Shown here in pieces: positions 40,901 through 52,950 of a stretch of 64,000 bases of DNA; the first letter of the stretch is position 1; each line of letters starts with the position of its first letter. This DNA is from Saccostrea echinata. Lineage: Eukaryota. The DNA is taken from assembly GCF_033153115.1 (NCBI RefSeq), contig NW_026889790.1, forward strand, positions 4,712,001 to 4,776,000. Reading direction: 5' to 3'. The notes under the pieces were generated by a model. It made no database searches, was not told the origin of the DNA, and was given only the letters and a program-made list of their open reading frames with translations. Made by a program: the position numbers and the translations under genes.

Positions 40901-42734
40901 GACAAAAAAGGATTCTGTGGATTTAGTTTATACCCTTCTGTGAAATGAACACATCATAACTGTACAGAATTATAGTTATTATAGGAGTCTATTATTCTTT
41001 CTACTTAGCTGTGGTTTAGATTTAATTTTATCACGTTTTAGGTGATGTTGGCCAAAAATCTGGAGGTCCAGAGGGGACTTGTGAATGGAGCTCGTGGAGT
41101 TGTTGTTGGATTCGATAAAAAGAACCAAGGTACTGATGTTGAACTTGACCAGATTAACAATAACATTGTCAAACATTTAGAGGGTTAACTTGAAAAAGTC
41201 AAATTAAAACAAGAAAGGTAATCAGTTAAATCTGGTATTATATTTGAAATATGACATTTTAATCTCTCATTGCATGCATTAATCATTTAGAATTAAAAGG
41301 TGTGATGTAAGCAACAGGTGCTTGAGGACAGGACCCCCCCCCCCCCCCCCCCCCCCTCCGATATAGACCCCTGGGCCTTTCGACTTTTTTTCTCATTAAT
41401 TATCTTTCGATGACATATTTGTGATATAATCTATACCAACAATTGGAAAAATTACCTAAAACAAACATGTAATAAAATCTACCCCGCTCTCTACATTTAT
41501 ATATATATAGAGTGGGGTAGTAATTTTTATAAAATGTTTGTTTAAGCCAATTTTCCGACTTGATGATATAGATTACATCACAAATGTGTCATCCATATAT
41601 AATTTATGAGGAAAATGTCGAACAGGCCTGGGGGTCTATAATTGGGGGGGGGGGTCTGTCCTCAAGCACCTGTGATGTAAGCAAGAGTCCTCGTTGAATG
41701 ATGTTCATTATGATAACTTGGCAGATTATCCTGTGGTGAAGTTTGTTTCTGGAGAAGAAGAAGTGATACGGCCAGTAAGGTGGACGTTCAAGTTGTCTGG
41801 AACTGTTTATATAAACAGAAAACAGCTTCCACTCAAGTTGGCATGGGCAATATCCATACACAAGTCTCAGGTGAGTTCACAATATCCATACACAAGTCTC
41901 AGGTGAGTTCACAATATCCATACACAAGTCTCAGGTGAGTTTACAATATCCATACTCAAGTTTCAGGTGAGTTCACAATATTCATACACAAGTCTCAGGT
42001 GAGTTCACAATATCCATGTATACACAAGTCTCAAGTAAGTTTACAATCAATAAAAATCAGTCATGCCCGGAGTAATTTGATTGAGAACTAAGACTTGTGT
42101 ATGGATATTGTTAACAATTCCGGCTTTTGATAGCACCATATGCCAGGGGTTTGTGAGGAGAGTAGTGGATCAGAAACCCTTGGCTAGCAAAGATGCATGG
42201 ATACAAATTTGTTCAATTCATGGGGCTGGGGGCACAAAGAAAAGAGGGCCATAATTAGTCAAATCAATAGTAAAACATCTTTGTAGTCGAGATACAAATT
42301 TGTTCAATTTATGATCACATGGGCAATGACGTGGACAAAATTAATTGTCCATTATAATAAAATGGGACATAGAATGAACACAAAACCTATGGCTTGTGAT
42401 GATGGAGCTTTAATTTGAGGACAACAATAAATTTTCATTTATGTACACTGTAATTTGCTAGGAAGATAATAACTCAGGTGATCATTGTGGCCTATGGATG
42501 TCCTATTTTTGGTTTCAGGGAATGACTCTGGATTGTGTGGAGATGTCCCTGTCTAAAGTGTTTGAGGCTGGACAGACGTATGTAGCCCTGTCCCGCGCCA
42601 AGAGTTTGGAGGGACTGCGGATTCTCGACTTTGATCGGTCCTGCGTCCATGCTAATCCGGATGTCCTTAGGTTCTATCACAAACTAGAACTAACCCGAAA
42701 AATGATGCAGACATCTATAGATGATTGTTGGTGA
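31953..42734 (+). CDS. PIF1: ATP-dependent 5'-3' DNA helicase PIF1
   Basis: Exons 31953-32652, 34426-34515, 35330-35483, 35758-35872, 36492-36598, 36878-37017, 40673-40779, 41042-41129, 41725-41870, 42519-42734. N-terminal PINT-like region, [75 protein letters not shown]. Confidence 0.98.
32769..33953. mobile_element. MITE with ~62-bp TIRs (CATC...GATG) hosting a nested element
   Basis: catcttcgctagccaagggtttctgatacgctactctcctcataaacccttggcatacg mirrored at 33892-33953; a solo TIR copy lies at about 42135-42195. Confidence 0.9.
33022..33634. mobile_element. Nested MULE-type MITE with a 9-bp TSD (CCTCAGTAT)
   Basis: TSD at 33013-33021 and 33635-33643; TIR ctactaaacagagaaccctagagaactct with 10-bp subrepeats. 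Confidence 0.9.
35876..36054. mobile_element. TA-flanked MITE inserted into a PIF1 splice donor
   Basis: TA-ccgtatatactcgcctataag / cttataggcgagtatgtacag-TA. Confidence 0.88.
37240..39985 (+). pseudogene. Decayed hAT transposon (ZNF862-like transposase) inside a PIF1 intron
   Basis: Zn-finger exon (WHCTLC...NHMRH), intron about 37474-37767, then DESTD, TDGASVM, HCAAH, VRWLS and SATCERGFS motifs. Frameshift near 37930 and in-frame TGA at 38113-38115. Right terminus ...ggtccctg (39985) with tctccctaaa subterminal repeats; left TIR not found. Confidence 0.93.
41315..41672. mobile_element. Fully palindromic foldback element with a 12-bp flanking direct repeat (TGATGTAAGCAA)
   Basis: TIR caggtgcttgaggacag + poly-C/poly-G; arms pair up to a centre near 41500; direct repeats at 41303-41314 and 41673-41684. 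Confidence 0.9.
41848..42045 (+). repeat. 32-bp repeat of the PIF1 donor CACAAGTCTCAG|GTGAGT, about 6 copies
   Basis: The first copy encodes ISIHKSQ at the exon end (41870). Confidence 0.95.
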
Positions 42735-43460
42735 GCATTAGAAGACATCTATGGCTGATTGATGGTGAGCATTAAAAGCTTAGAGATGACCCAGATGTTT
42801 GTCCAAATCTCTGTCTCAGGGTGCAGAAACAGTACTTGAAGAGAGGAAGGATGTGTTTTGTTTATGTATAAATCATCAAATACCTCAACATGATCTCATT
42901 ACATGCACATTTGATCTCAGGTGTGTTGTGGTCTATCATTGATACAGGTCTCTACCAACTAAGTGATATTGCATCAAGCTTTCTACGGATATTAAAAAAC
43001 TATTTCTGATTCTTTTTTAAATGAGAAATGAGTGCATCGCTCAGCATTATAGGTTTGTGACTCTCCCCTTCCAACTCTTTATCTATAATGGGAATGCCAT
43101 TATGATAGAATACATTATTTATTTCTTATATACCAGTACATGTCAATGCAGAATTGTGATATGATATATAGAAGTAATTTATCATAGTGAGAATGTGTTT
43201 TTATTTTTTTACAATTGCATGGCAAAAATGACAAATAAATCCATAAAGCACACACTTATTCTCTGTTTTATGACACATGTAAATGGTAAAAAAAAATGAT
43301 GTTTTTTTTAAAGCACATTATTTGCTGACAATCCATTTATAGCTGAGGTTCATAAAATATTCAGATATTGCTTTCACATGCAATCTGCAGTGTCTAGTCA
43401 AGGTAACTTGTGGGAATTATCTCCCTTACTTCTTGATTTCTAACCACGTCACGAGATTCG

Positions 43461-43508
<48 letters not shown>

Positions 43509-43629
43509 ATTTTGTCTGTAGTCCGTCTGTCTGTCTGTCCGTCTGTCTGTAAACTTTTCACATTTTCAACTTCTTCTCCAGAACCACTGGGCCAATATCA
43601 ACCAAACTTGCCACAAAGAATCCTTGCAA

Positions 43630-43669
<40 letters not shown>

Positions 43670-44995
43670 CTTTCAAGGGGAGATAATTAAGAATTAGTGA
43701 AAAATGAATAGTATCTTTTAAAAATCTTCTTCTCAAGAACCACAGGGCCAGGAAAGATGAAACTCATATGGAAGCATCCCCAGGTAGTGTAGATTCAAGT
43801 TTGTTCAAATCATGACCCCCGGGGGTAGGGTGGGGCCACAATGGAGGATCAAAGTTTTACAAAGAAATATATAGGAAAAATGTTTAAAAATCTTCTTCTC
43901 AAGAACAGTAAAGCCATGAAGAGTCATATTTATATGGAAGCATCCTCAGGAAGTGTAGATTCAAGTTTGTTCAAATCATGACCCCCGGGGGTAGGGTGGG
44001 GCCACAATGGAGGATCAAAGTTTTACATAGAAATATATAGGAAAAATCTTTTAAAATCTTCTTTTCAAGAACACTAAAGCCATGAAGAGTCATATTTATA
44101 TGGAAGCATCCTCAGGAAGTGTAGATTCAAGTTTGTTCAAATCATGACCCCCAGGGGTAGGGCGGGGCCACAATGGAGGATCAAAGTTTTACATAGAAAT
44201 ATATAGGAAAAATTTTTTAAAAATCTTCTTCTCAAGAACAGCAAAGCCATGATGAGTCATATTTATATGGAAGCATCCTCAGGAAGTGTAGATTGTTCAA
44301 ATCATGACCCCCAGGGGTAGGGCGGGGCCACAATGGAGGATCAAAGTTTTACATAGAAATATATAGGAAAAAATCTTTAAAAATCTTCTTCTCAAGAACA
44401 GCAAAGCCATGATGAGTCATATTTATTTGGAAGCATCCTCAGGAAGTGTAGATTCAATTTTGTTCAAATCATGACCCCCAGGGGTAGGGCGGGGCCACAA
44501 TGGAGGATCAAAGTTTTACATAGAAATATATAGGAAAAATCTTTTTCTCAAGTACAGCAAAGCCATGATGAGTCAAATTTATATGGAAGCATCCTCAAGT
44601 AGTGCAGATTCAATTTTGTTCAAATCATGACCACCGGGGGTAGGGTGGGGCCCAATGGGGGATTGAAAGTTTTACATAAGAACATATAGAAAAAAAATTT
44701 CTTTTCAAGAACAGAAAAGCTATGTTAGTCTTATTGATATGGAAGCATCCTCAGGTAATGTAGATTCAAGTTTGTTCAAATGATGACCCCTGAGATAGGG
44801 AGGAGGTACAATGGGGGATCAAATTTTTACAAAGAAATAAATGGGAAAATTCTTTTAAAATCTTCTCAAGTACAACAAATTCATTTGTTATAATGACATG
44901 GAAGCATCATCAGGTAGTTTAAAATTCAAGCCCCCCACCCCACCCCCCTCCCCGTTCATTACTGAACTGATTTGTGCCTTAGTTTAGCCAATGTG

Positions 44996-45031
<36 letters not shown>
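43461..45031 (+). mobile_element. Full-length HINE carrying about 8 units of a ~166-bp (Cg170-like) satellite
   Basis: 5' ttttagctcacctgagctgaaagctcaagtgagct, (GTCY)n, units near 43775, 43941, 44107, 44274..., 3' ctcaggtgagcgatgtggcccatgggcctcttgtt. Confidence 0.92.
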
Positions 45032-45032
<1 letters not shown>

Positions 45033-45037
45033 TTGTA

Positions 45038-47576
45038 TCAGGGTCCTTTGGTAAAGTGCACACGGTCATCTTCGGCCTCGAGTAAGAGGGCATGGTCTCC
45101 ACTTTCCTCTCTTAGCTGTTCCATCTCTACCGGAAGTGACACATTAGCATCACGGAAACGTCTACAGCAGCACTTACAGAAGCCTTGACAGCAGTACTTC
45201 CTCGTGGCCTTGCGCACTTCTCTGATAAACAGGAAAATGAATCCTGTGTTGACAAAGCCTTGAATGTTTTCACACACCACCTACAATGTACACCGAATTC
45301 TCAGATTTAAGATTAAATCTAGCGATGACATCTATGATACTATACCACATTACGGCAGATTGCAGAAAAATATTTCTAGTGTCCTTTAAATGAAAACATT
45401 TCCAACCAAAACAGGGTGGGGTGGGGCTAAATGAATAGTACATTTCACATAATTTTCTTTTTTGTAGCTTACTACATGGTCTGAGAAATTTTAGATATCA
45501 TAATTGTTCATCCACATTTTTTTCTTCAGCTTGTTCTTAATTCTGTTTATTTCTTTAAAGAACATACCATAAGTTCATTGTTGCAGGTTGATGTTTGAGA
45601 AGAACATTAGGTATAAAGGTCATTTTGTGAATTTTTAATCATTTTTTAGGATGCGAAATTACAAATATTACCTCTAACCCCACCATAACGTCCACATCAT
45701 TACGGTACTGGGAGATCAAGTAGTGCCATCCTCCCCAAATGTTCAACAGAACAAAAACCGCCAGTAGATGGCGCAGTTGTCGATTTGGATTTTCCGCGGG
45801 TTTGTGGTGCTGCTCCCCCTCCTGTCGCCTCTCTGGCTGCTGTGGTTTGGGCTACAAAGATAAGCTGCATTGTATTTGTTCATCAGAAGGGGGCATAAGT
45901 CTTTAGTGGACGCGCCAATTACTGAAGCAAAGTTGCATGGTTTGTTACACTTCAATCAGGAAACTCCAATAAAATAGCCCTTTTCCCCATTCTTTGTTTG
46001 AAAGCTTACAGTCTAGGCAAAATTTCCCGATGGATCCAACCAGCAATAGAGATCACACACAGCCACTGCATCAACAACCAACGGATGCTTCGTGTGGATC
46101 GAATTTTGTATTTTATTTTATGAAAACGAATTTCAAATTACCTTTGCTACCCAATATATTTCATGGCCGTAGGAACCGGGGGGCACGGGGGGGCCGTGCC
46201 CCCCCCCCCCAATAATTTTGCCGATATATAGATTACTTTAGAAAACATAGATACTATATGCCTGTGCCCCCTCAATAAAAACGTCTAAGGACCTTTTTTT
46301 TTTTTTTTTTTTTGCTTGTCAAGAAATTTTTGGTAGTTGATAGTTCCCCCTCAACTGAAAATGTATGGCTGTGCCCCCCCCCCCCCCCCCCCCACCCAAC
46401 TGAAATTGCTTCCTACGGGCCTGTATTTGCCTTGTACTTACCATTTTGAGAGACTTAAACTGCAGCAGAACGTAAACAATGGAGCAAAAGATGAGGGCTG
46501 CCATTCGCCATCCCATTCCCGCCAAAATGGCGAACGTGTTGTAGTCAGAAATCTGCCGATCTACCAGACACCAGGGAGGCCGTACGTGTCCGGGCTTACT
46601 TCCGATGTCTGATCCAAGGACATCAAGCACCACCAGCGTGATCATGATGGCCGCTAATTAAGACAAAAATAGAATATCAAGTTTGCTAATTCAACAGATA
46701 CTAGTAGTTATAAAATTTTTCAGTGACCTTACAAAAAATGGGACATTTTTTTTTAAATTAACTACAATATGTACATGTAATTTAAACCACTGTTAACTGA
46801 TTTATAAGAACGGCATAAGGAAACTATTAATATCCAATGACTTCATAAATGAAATGAAGACGGGTTTATGGTTTTTGACTAAAACTATCAGAATTTTTCC
46901 TCTAGATAGCAAATTTATATGGGTATTAGTTACCGGCAATTTTTTTTATCTAGATAAACAAACGTATTTCTTTTCTTTTTTTTTAAATTTCAATACCTTG
47001 TTTTAAAGTTGTGTGCACAACTTAGACAACGGCAGTCCTAGGAAAATGGGATGTTTGAAAATGATAACGGTAGAATGGCTGTTGCTTAGACAGAAAATTT
47101 GAATATGAATATCATAAGAGGACTAAAAGACAACATCTAATTGGCTTACTTGGAAATCCCCAGCAGATGCAGTGAGCGGGCCACGTCATGGACGGAGCGA
47201 TGGACAAATTCTTCTTCCAGGTCTCAAAACAAAGATGGAGGGCCAGTGTGACGGTCCATAGGTACCCACTAATCCGGAACAAGACTGTTATTGCGGCTGC
47301 CGACTCGCAGACCGGATGTGATCTCCATGAGACTTCCGGATAGCCTAGTTTGACAGCCACTGACATCAAAGTGCCGATACTAACGCCTGCATTGGCTATC
47401 ACGATACATAGAACGATGTATCGTGCCCTGTTCCTGATGACGGGAACACAACAGAAAGCGAAGAACAACGTCAAACACGCGAGCAATGACGCTAATGACG
47501 TCAACAGTCCCAAACCGAGGTACAGCTTGTCCACAGGTTCCATTGCCATAATGGCCGTGAGATTCATTTTAAACAT
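45038..47576 (-). CDS. 7TM receptor, GPR157-like (cAMP-receptor-like group), about 353 aa
   Basis: Exons 47576-47150, 46653-46442, 45851-45672, 45280-45038. Seven hydrophobic segments; C before TM3, YLWTVTLA, CWGFP, WC in ECL2, QGFVN in TM7, Cys-rich tail. Confidence 0.85.
46162..46423. mobile_element. GC-rich-ended MITE (hAT-like)
   Basis: catggccgtaggaa / ttcctacgggcctg termini with poly-G/C tracts; TSD unclear. Confidence 0.65.
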
Positions 47577-49019
47577 GATTTATGAGTGTTGTAAAATGTC
47601 TTCTACTCTTCAAATGAAAATATTGCAAAGAATTAATATATCTATGCAACGGAAGTGATGATTAACTGGTCAACGATCAATTGAAGATAACGGATAACAA
47701 GGACGGGTATCTTTATCATTTATATCAGTAGTGTTCAATGTAGAGGGGTTCATTTACCTGAGAAAATTTTAATATTACATGTGCTTACCAGTGAATATTT
47801 ACATATTTGCAAGTATAAAACATACAAACGGATTTATTTTATTAAGATGTGAATATATTTACAAGTATAAAACATACAAAAAGATTTATTTTATTAAGAT
47901 GGGAGTCATGGTCACTTTATTAAATCGGGATCTCTTCTGTACGTATATATACATGTATATTTTTCTTCAGTTGAAAATACAAGTTATACATAAGTTATAC
48001 ATAAAGGAAACGTATCACATGCATACCCCCCTCCCCTTTCCCCTTTTCTTCCTCTTTTAACACAGACCATATGAAAGGTTGGCAGATCTGGAGACAAAGA
48101 GCCAAATAAACAAAATAACACACGTGTTCGCCCTATAATGTGCATCTTGGCTACATTAACTGTAAAATCGCCTGTTTTCCATTTTATTTAACAAGATGTG
48201 TGCAGTCAAACCTCACTACTTAATTATAATTATCTGTGACGCAAACATGATAACTAACACGTAGGTCTGACCAAATACCGCACTCTGTTTACAATCTCTA
48301 CCGTAGAATTTATTTCATTACTTTCCTTTCCTTTTTTTCACTACGATCCCTAAGCCGCAAGACAGATTCTGTTATCAAAGTGGAAGGATGCATTGTCCTT
48401 AAGGACACTAAACTGTTTTCCCAATATTGTGCATTTAAGAAAGGAAAAATTTTAATATGAGGTGTATACATGTAGCTTTTTCTCCTTTAGATCCATTCAT
48501 TACTTTCAAGTACTGAAAATATATTACAAAATTAAACACGAAGACACACAAAAGCTTTATTATCTTGTACATATTTATTAACATGTCAAATTTAAAGAAT
48601 ACATAATTTTATCACATGTTTACTCTTAAACAGTAGATATAGGTCATAGGATATCGTTTTTGTATCCACGGTGGTTTTTGCGTGAATTTGATCACGTCAA
48701 ATATTGTGGATTAACATATAAAGCTGTGTAAAACATGAAAAACCTTAGTGTATAAAACATGTGATAAAAAGAATCAAAGGATGGTTTATGGTTATAGATA
48801 TGACTTTTTATCCAACTCCTTGTGTGCTTTTTATCCCCTCCCCAAGGCTCAGGGATAGAAACACACAAATCGTTGGATAAAATCATAGTTTGATTAAGCA
48901 AAGTGGGTAAAGATAGTCATTCTCTACAACTAATGAGGGTCCAAGTCTTGCTGGAGACTCTCCAGTCAACCATGCTATTGTTCTACATGATTGGTGCTAA
49001 ACCAAGAAGAAAGTGATGT

Positions 49020-50950
49020 AAAACGTGAAGGTAACAATTTAGTAGTGATCAAATTCATAAAGAATAGGAATCGTAAACAGGGCAAAAGTAGAACCCCTGG
49101 AATCACCAGAGGTGGGATCAGGTGCCTAGGAGGAGTAAGCATCCTTTGTCGACCGGTCACACCCGCCAAGTGCCCTATGTATTGATCAGGTAGACGAAGT
49201 AATCCGTAGTCAAATTTTCAATAACCTAACAAATGGTATGACATTTCAGACAAAATACGACTCGAAGATTGCAGAAGCAGAATTCATTCAAAAACTTCTA
49301 CATGAGAAGAAGAAAACACTTGCTGTGGTCTTCAACTCAACATTTAGGTATATCAACGACGTTTTATCAATTAACAATAGTTACTTCCATTTATATGTCG
49401 ATTTGATATATCCCAGTGAACTTGAAATAAAAGACACCACAGAGTCTGCCACACCTGTTTCATATTTGGATGTTTTACTGACTATATGATTGATTGATTG
49501 TATGTTGTTTTACGTCCCATTCGAGAATTTTTCACTAATATAGAGACGTCACCATATACCGGTGAAGGGCTTCAAATTTTGACCTTTACTCGGCACTCAG
49601 GGTCATTGAGCAATGAGGGATCTTTATCTTGCCAACGCCTGTCGTGACACGGGGCCTCAGTTTTTAAGGTCTCATCCGAAAGACCCGCAACTTTCACTTC
49701 AAAGTGCCGAGCGCTTGGCGAAGGAACAGTTGCTACCCATTTTTTTTATCGACTTAGGTCAGTCGCGGCCGAGATTCGAACTCACGACCTCCCGATCACG
49801 AAGCGTTTACTGACTATAAATGACAAGGCCAACTAACAACTAAATTGTATGACAAACAAGATGACTTCAGCTTGTCCATCGTCAATTTTCTTTATTTATG
49901 TAGTAATATCCCGCTACATGTATCACCTACTTACAGTGTTTACATCTCCCGACTTATTCGATACTCAAGAGCGTGCTTAGAGTACTATCAATTTTTAAAC
50001 CGAGGCATGCTACTGACAGATAAGTTAATGTTACCGGAATTTCATCAACAACTTCGTGAAAGTCAGCATTTCGTAAATTCTATGGTCGTTATAATGACCT
50101 TGTTAGCAAATATAACCTATCATTGGGTCGTATTTTGGCTGACTTGTTGCATACTAATTTTTAGGCCTAAATGCCCTTTGTTTTTATACTGAATTTAACT
50201 ACGGAATGTTCCGTCTACCTGATCAATGCATAGGGCACACGGCGGGTGTGACCAGTCAACAGGGGATGCTTACTCCCCTTAGGCACCTGATCCCACCCCT
50301 GGAATTTCCAGCGGTTCGTGTTTTATGCCCTTTTCACAGATTTGTATTTTTTATTGATTTTTTTTTTTTTTAGATCTATCACAGTTCTTTATCTTCACCT
50401 TTTTTTATTGTATTTTCAAACAAGGTCATTATACCGACCGTAGAATTGCGAAAGCTGAATTTAAAGGAGGTTGTTGAAATCCTTGTAACATCAACTATTT
50501 AATTGTCTGTAGCTTCCTCGGCTGATGTCATCTCGTTTGTCGTACAGTTTAGTTGTTACTTGGCCATTATCCTCTTTAGCTAGTAAAATATCCAGATAAA
50601 AGGTTTAATAGACTCTGTGGTGTCTTTTATTTCAAGTTCACTGGGATAAATTTCGAGTCGACATATGAATGAAAGTAACTACTGTTAATTGATTAAACGT
50701 CGTCAATTTATCTAAATGCTGATTTGAAGGTCAAGGCAAAAGTTTTTTTTTCTTCTCATGTAGAAATTCTTGAATAAATTCTGCTTCATAGGAATATAAA
50801 AACAGATCGGCTTACAAAGGAGCGCAATTAGTGCTCGTTGGAATTATTTAAAAAGATTGCTGGAAGACCTGGTCTCCGAAGACTACATAGATATTGTCAA
50901 TCAGAAACTCAAGTATCTTTTAAGAGCCATTCTCTGCAATGACTTGAACT
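49020..50950. mobile_element. Penelope-like retroelement cluster: inverted terminal repeat (about 49020-49235, -), RT 3' half plus terminal repeat (about 49270-50400, +), second RT fragment (about 50560-50930, -)
   Basis: FRYINDVL (decayed YIDD), ELEIKDTTES, SYLD, YDKQDDF, SNIP..SP.Y..YIS.LIRYSRAC; gactctgtggtgtcttttatttcaagttcactgggat at 50611 is the inverse of 49411-49447. Confidence 0.88.
49487..49805 (-). mobile_element. tRNA-derived SINE (probably Meta/Deu-domain type) inserted in the Penelope-like RT
   Basis: B box GTTCGAATC (minus strand, about 49774-49782), Deu-like TTTCGGATGAGAC core, (AATC)n tail, TSD TTTACTGACTATA at about 49474 and 49806. Confidence 0.88.
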
Positions 50951-51070
50951 TTTATGTAGGAGCTGTGGCACGCATAGTCTTCGAATTTCTCCAAACTCTC
51001 TATGATAAAAGTCTTTGATACTGAAAACTCAAATCAGGCAAAAATTGGTTGCTGTGTGTCATGGTAACCA

Positions 51071-51489
51071 TAGGGGTGAAACGATACACCTCCTTCACGG
51101 TTCGATACGTATTGTATAATTTTGTCTCGGTTCGGTTATTTTCGATACGATACATTTTGATAGAAGAAAACAAATTCAACGTTGTTTTATGCTTTCTTTT
51201 TCTAAATCTAGTAACATATTTTACGAGTTTTATTTGCAAATTGACTATAAGAAATTGATTAAAATTATTTGACGGTCAAAAATTATTTTACAAGCTATCA
51301 GTCATAAAAAATTTACGTTTTCTATACTTATTTTACTAAGTAATGTGTTTTACCTTATGCCAAACCCGACTGAATAACGATCCCGACCGAAAAATGAACC
51401 GAACCGAAAATTAGAGATTTTGCACCGTGTATCAAACCGAGAAAAAATACCGCGATGAATCGATACCGCGGTGAACCGTTTCACTCCTA
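51071..51489. mobile_element. hAT-type MITE with an 8-bp TSD (GGTAACCA)
   Basis: taggggtgaaacg / cgtttcactccta TIRs; TSD at 51063-51070 and 51490-51497; subterminal cggtt/aaccg repeats. Confidence 0.92.
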
Positions 51490-52950
51490 GGTAACCATAG
51501 CAACATGTCCTAAAGTTTGAAAAATGGCATTTTTCAACATGTTCAGAGTCCCACAGTTAACGTTTGCAACAAAGCAAACAAGTGGCAATGACTGTTTCTG
51601 AAAGTTGAAGGCCAGATTTCTTAAATGCATGATAATAGTAAATCAACTATTACAAACGTTACTATGGAAACAAAGTATTCAAAAGTGATTATTTTGTTCA
51701 CTTAATTTTATAAAGTCATACACTTAAGATTAAAAACAATTATAGGTTGAAATGCAAGCAAATTATAGATAAAAGATCGTTGTAACATATACCAAGGACG
51801 AAATACGATATTTCTTATAGGTTGGCTATGGTTGCCATGGTTTTAATACCACGAAGGGATTTTAAATTTACTCTCTAAGTGTTTTAATAATATCCTATCT
51901 TTTAAAAAAAGAATATTTCTACATAACTGATGATCAATTTTTAAAGGCGTTGGCGTGACCCTATTTTTCACATTTCAAATAAATCAAATTCAATTCTTTA
52001 AACAGAGCGTTGCTATGGAAATTAGCCGAAAAATATGCATAAAAATCTGAAAAGTATTCTGTTTCCTTGGATACGTACCTTTGTATGTAGATTCCCAAAA
52101 CTTTTATGATTGATATTTATGAACAACTAACCTAACTTTCAATTTTAACTACCACCCAATCTCTAACTAGATGCAAAAAGCTGGCACATAGGGTTTAATA
52201 TTGATATAAAGTTAACAAAATCGAACATTTTACCTTCTTGGTAACCATAGCAACAGTGCTGTATTTTTCAACCATCTTTATCAATATATGATATTAAACC
52301 TTAGTTCTACCAGATAAGTACTATTCAAGGTGAGTCAAATAATATGTTTCTTGATTAAAAGGTAAGTAAATTCCTAAGGCAGCAAAAAAATATCACTTTG
52401 GTACGTTGTTTCCATGGTTACACTGCAAAGTAACAATTACTCCCAATTTTTCTTATGTTGTCGATGTTGCAAGGTCCTAAGGATGTATATGGGCCAGTCA
52501 TGAATTTTATATTTTACCCCTCAAGATAGTATCATTAACCCAATCTTAGCAACAGATTTTGTATGGTTACACTGTTACCATGGCAACCATGAAAGTTATT
52601 TTTAGAATAATATTGCCAATACTTAATTACTTAAGGTCAAATAGTTTTATTGTTTCTCTTACGTCGTTGGTTGAGTTTGATCATGTAACATCCATCACTA
52701 GTGAATATTGAGCGTTTTTCAGCATCTAAAATGTATTCCAAATGTACCCATGGTTACCACTTACTTAGAAATAAATTCTAAATAGTTTCTTTATAGCATA
52801 AGTGGCAACAAGGTGTCATGTTTTTGTGAGAATGGTTTGTTTGTTTTTCTTAGTCTTTATTAAGACCCAATAAAGATTCAAAGTAGCTGAAAATCTCAAT
52901 TTTTCCAACTTTTCTGGCTGTTACCATGGCAACCAAGACACATAGCAACG
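51490..52950. repeat. Highly diverged ~170-bp-period array marked by X-box-like palindromes
   Basis: GTTRCYATGGYAAC variants at 51491, 51658, 51831, 52009, 52241, 52408, 52574, 52744 and 52920. Confidence 0.75.

Noticed and set aside
31953-42734. PIF1 as a Helitron RepHel helicase or captured TE gene
   Set aside because: No Rep/HUH domain; it has the cellular N-terminal region, a multi-exon structure and a housekeeping-type promoter.
50238-50303. Canonical HDV, hammerhead or twister ribozyme, or TPP riboswitch
   Set aside because: The required catalytic or ligand-binding elements are missing; kept only as an unclassified candidate structure.
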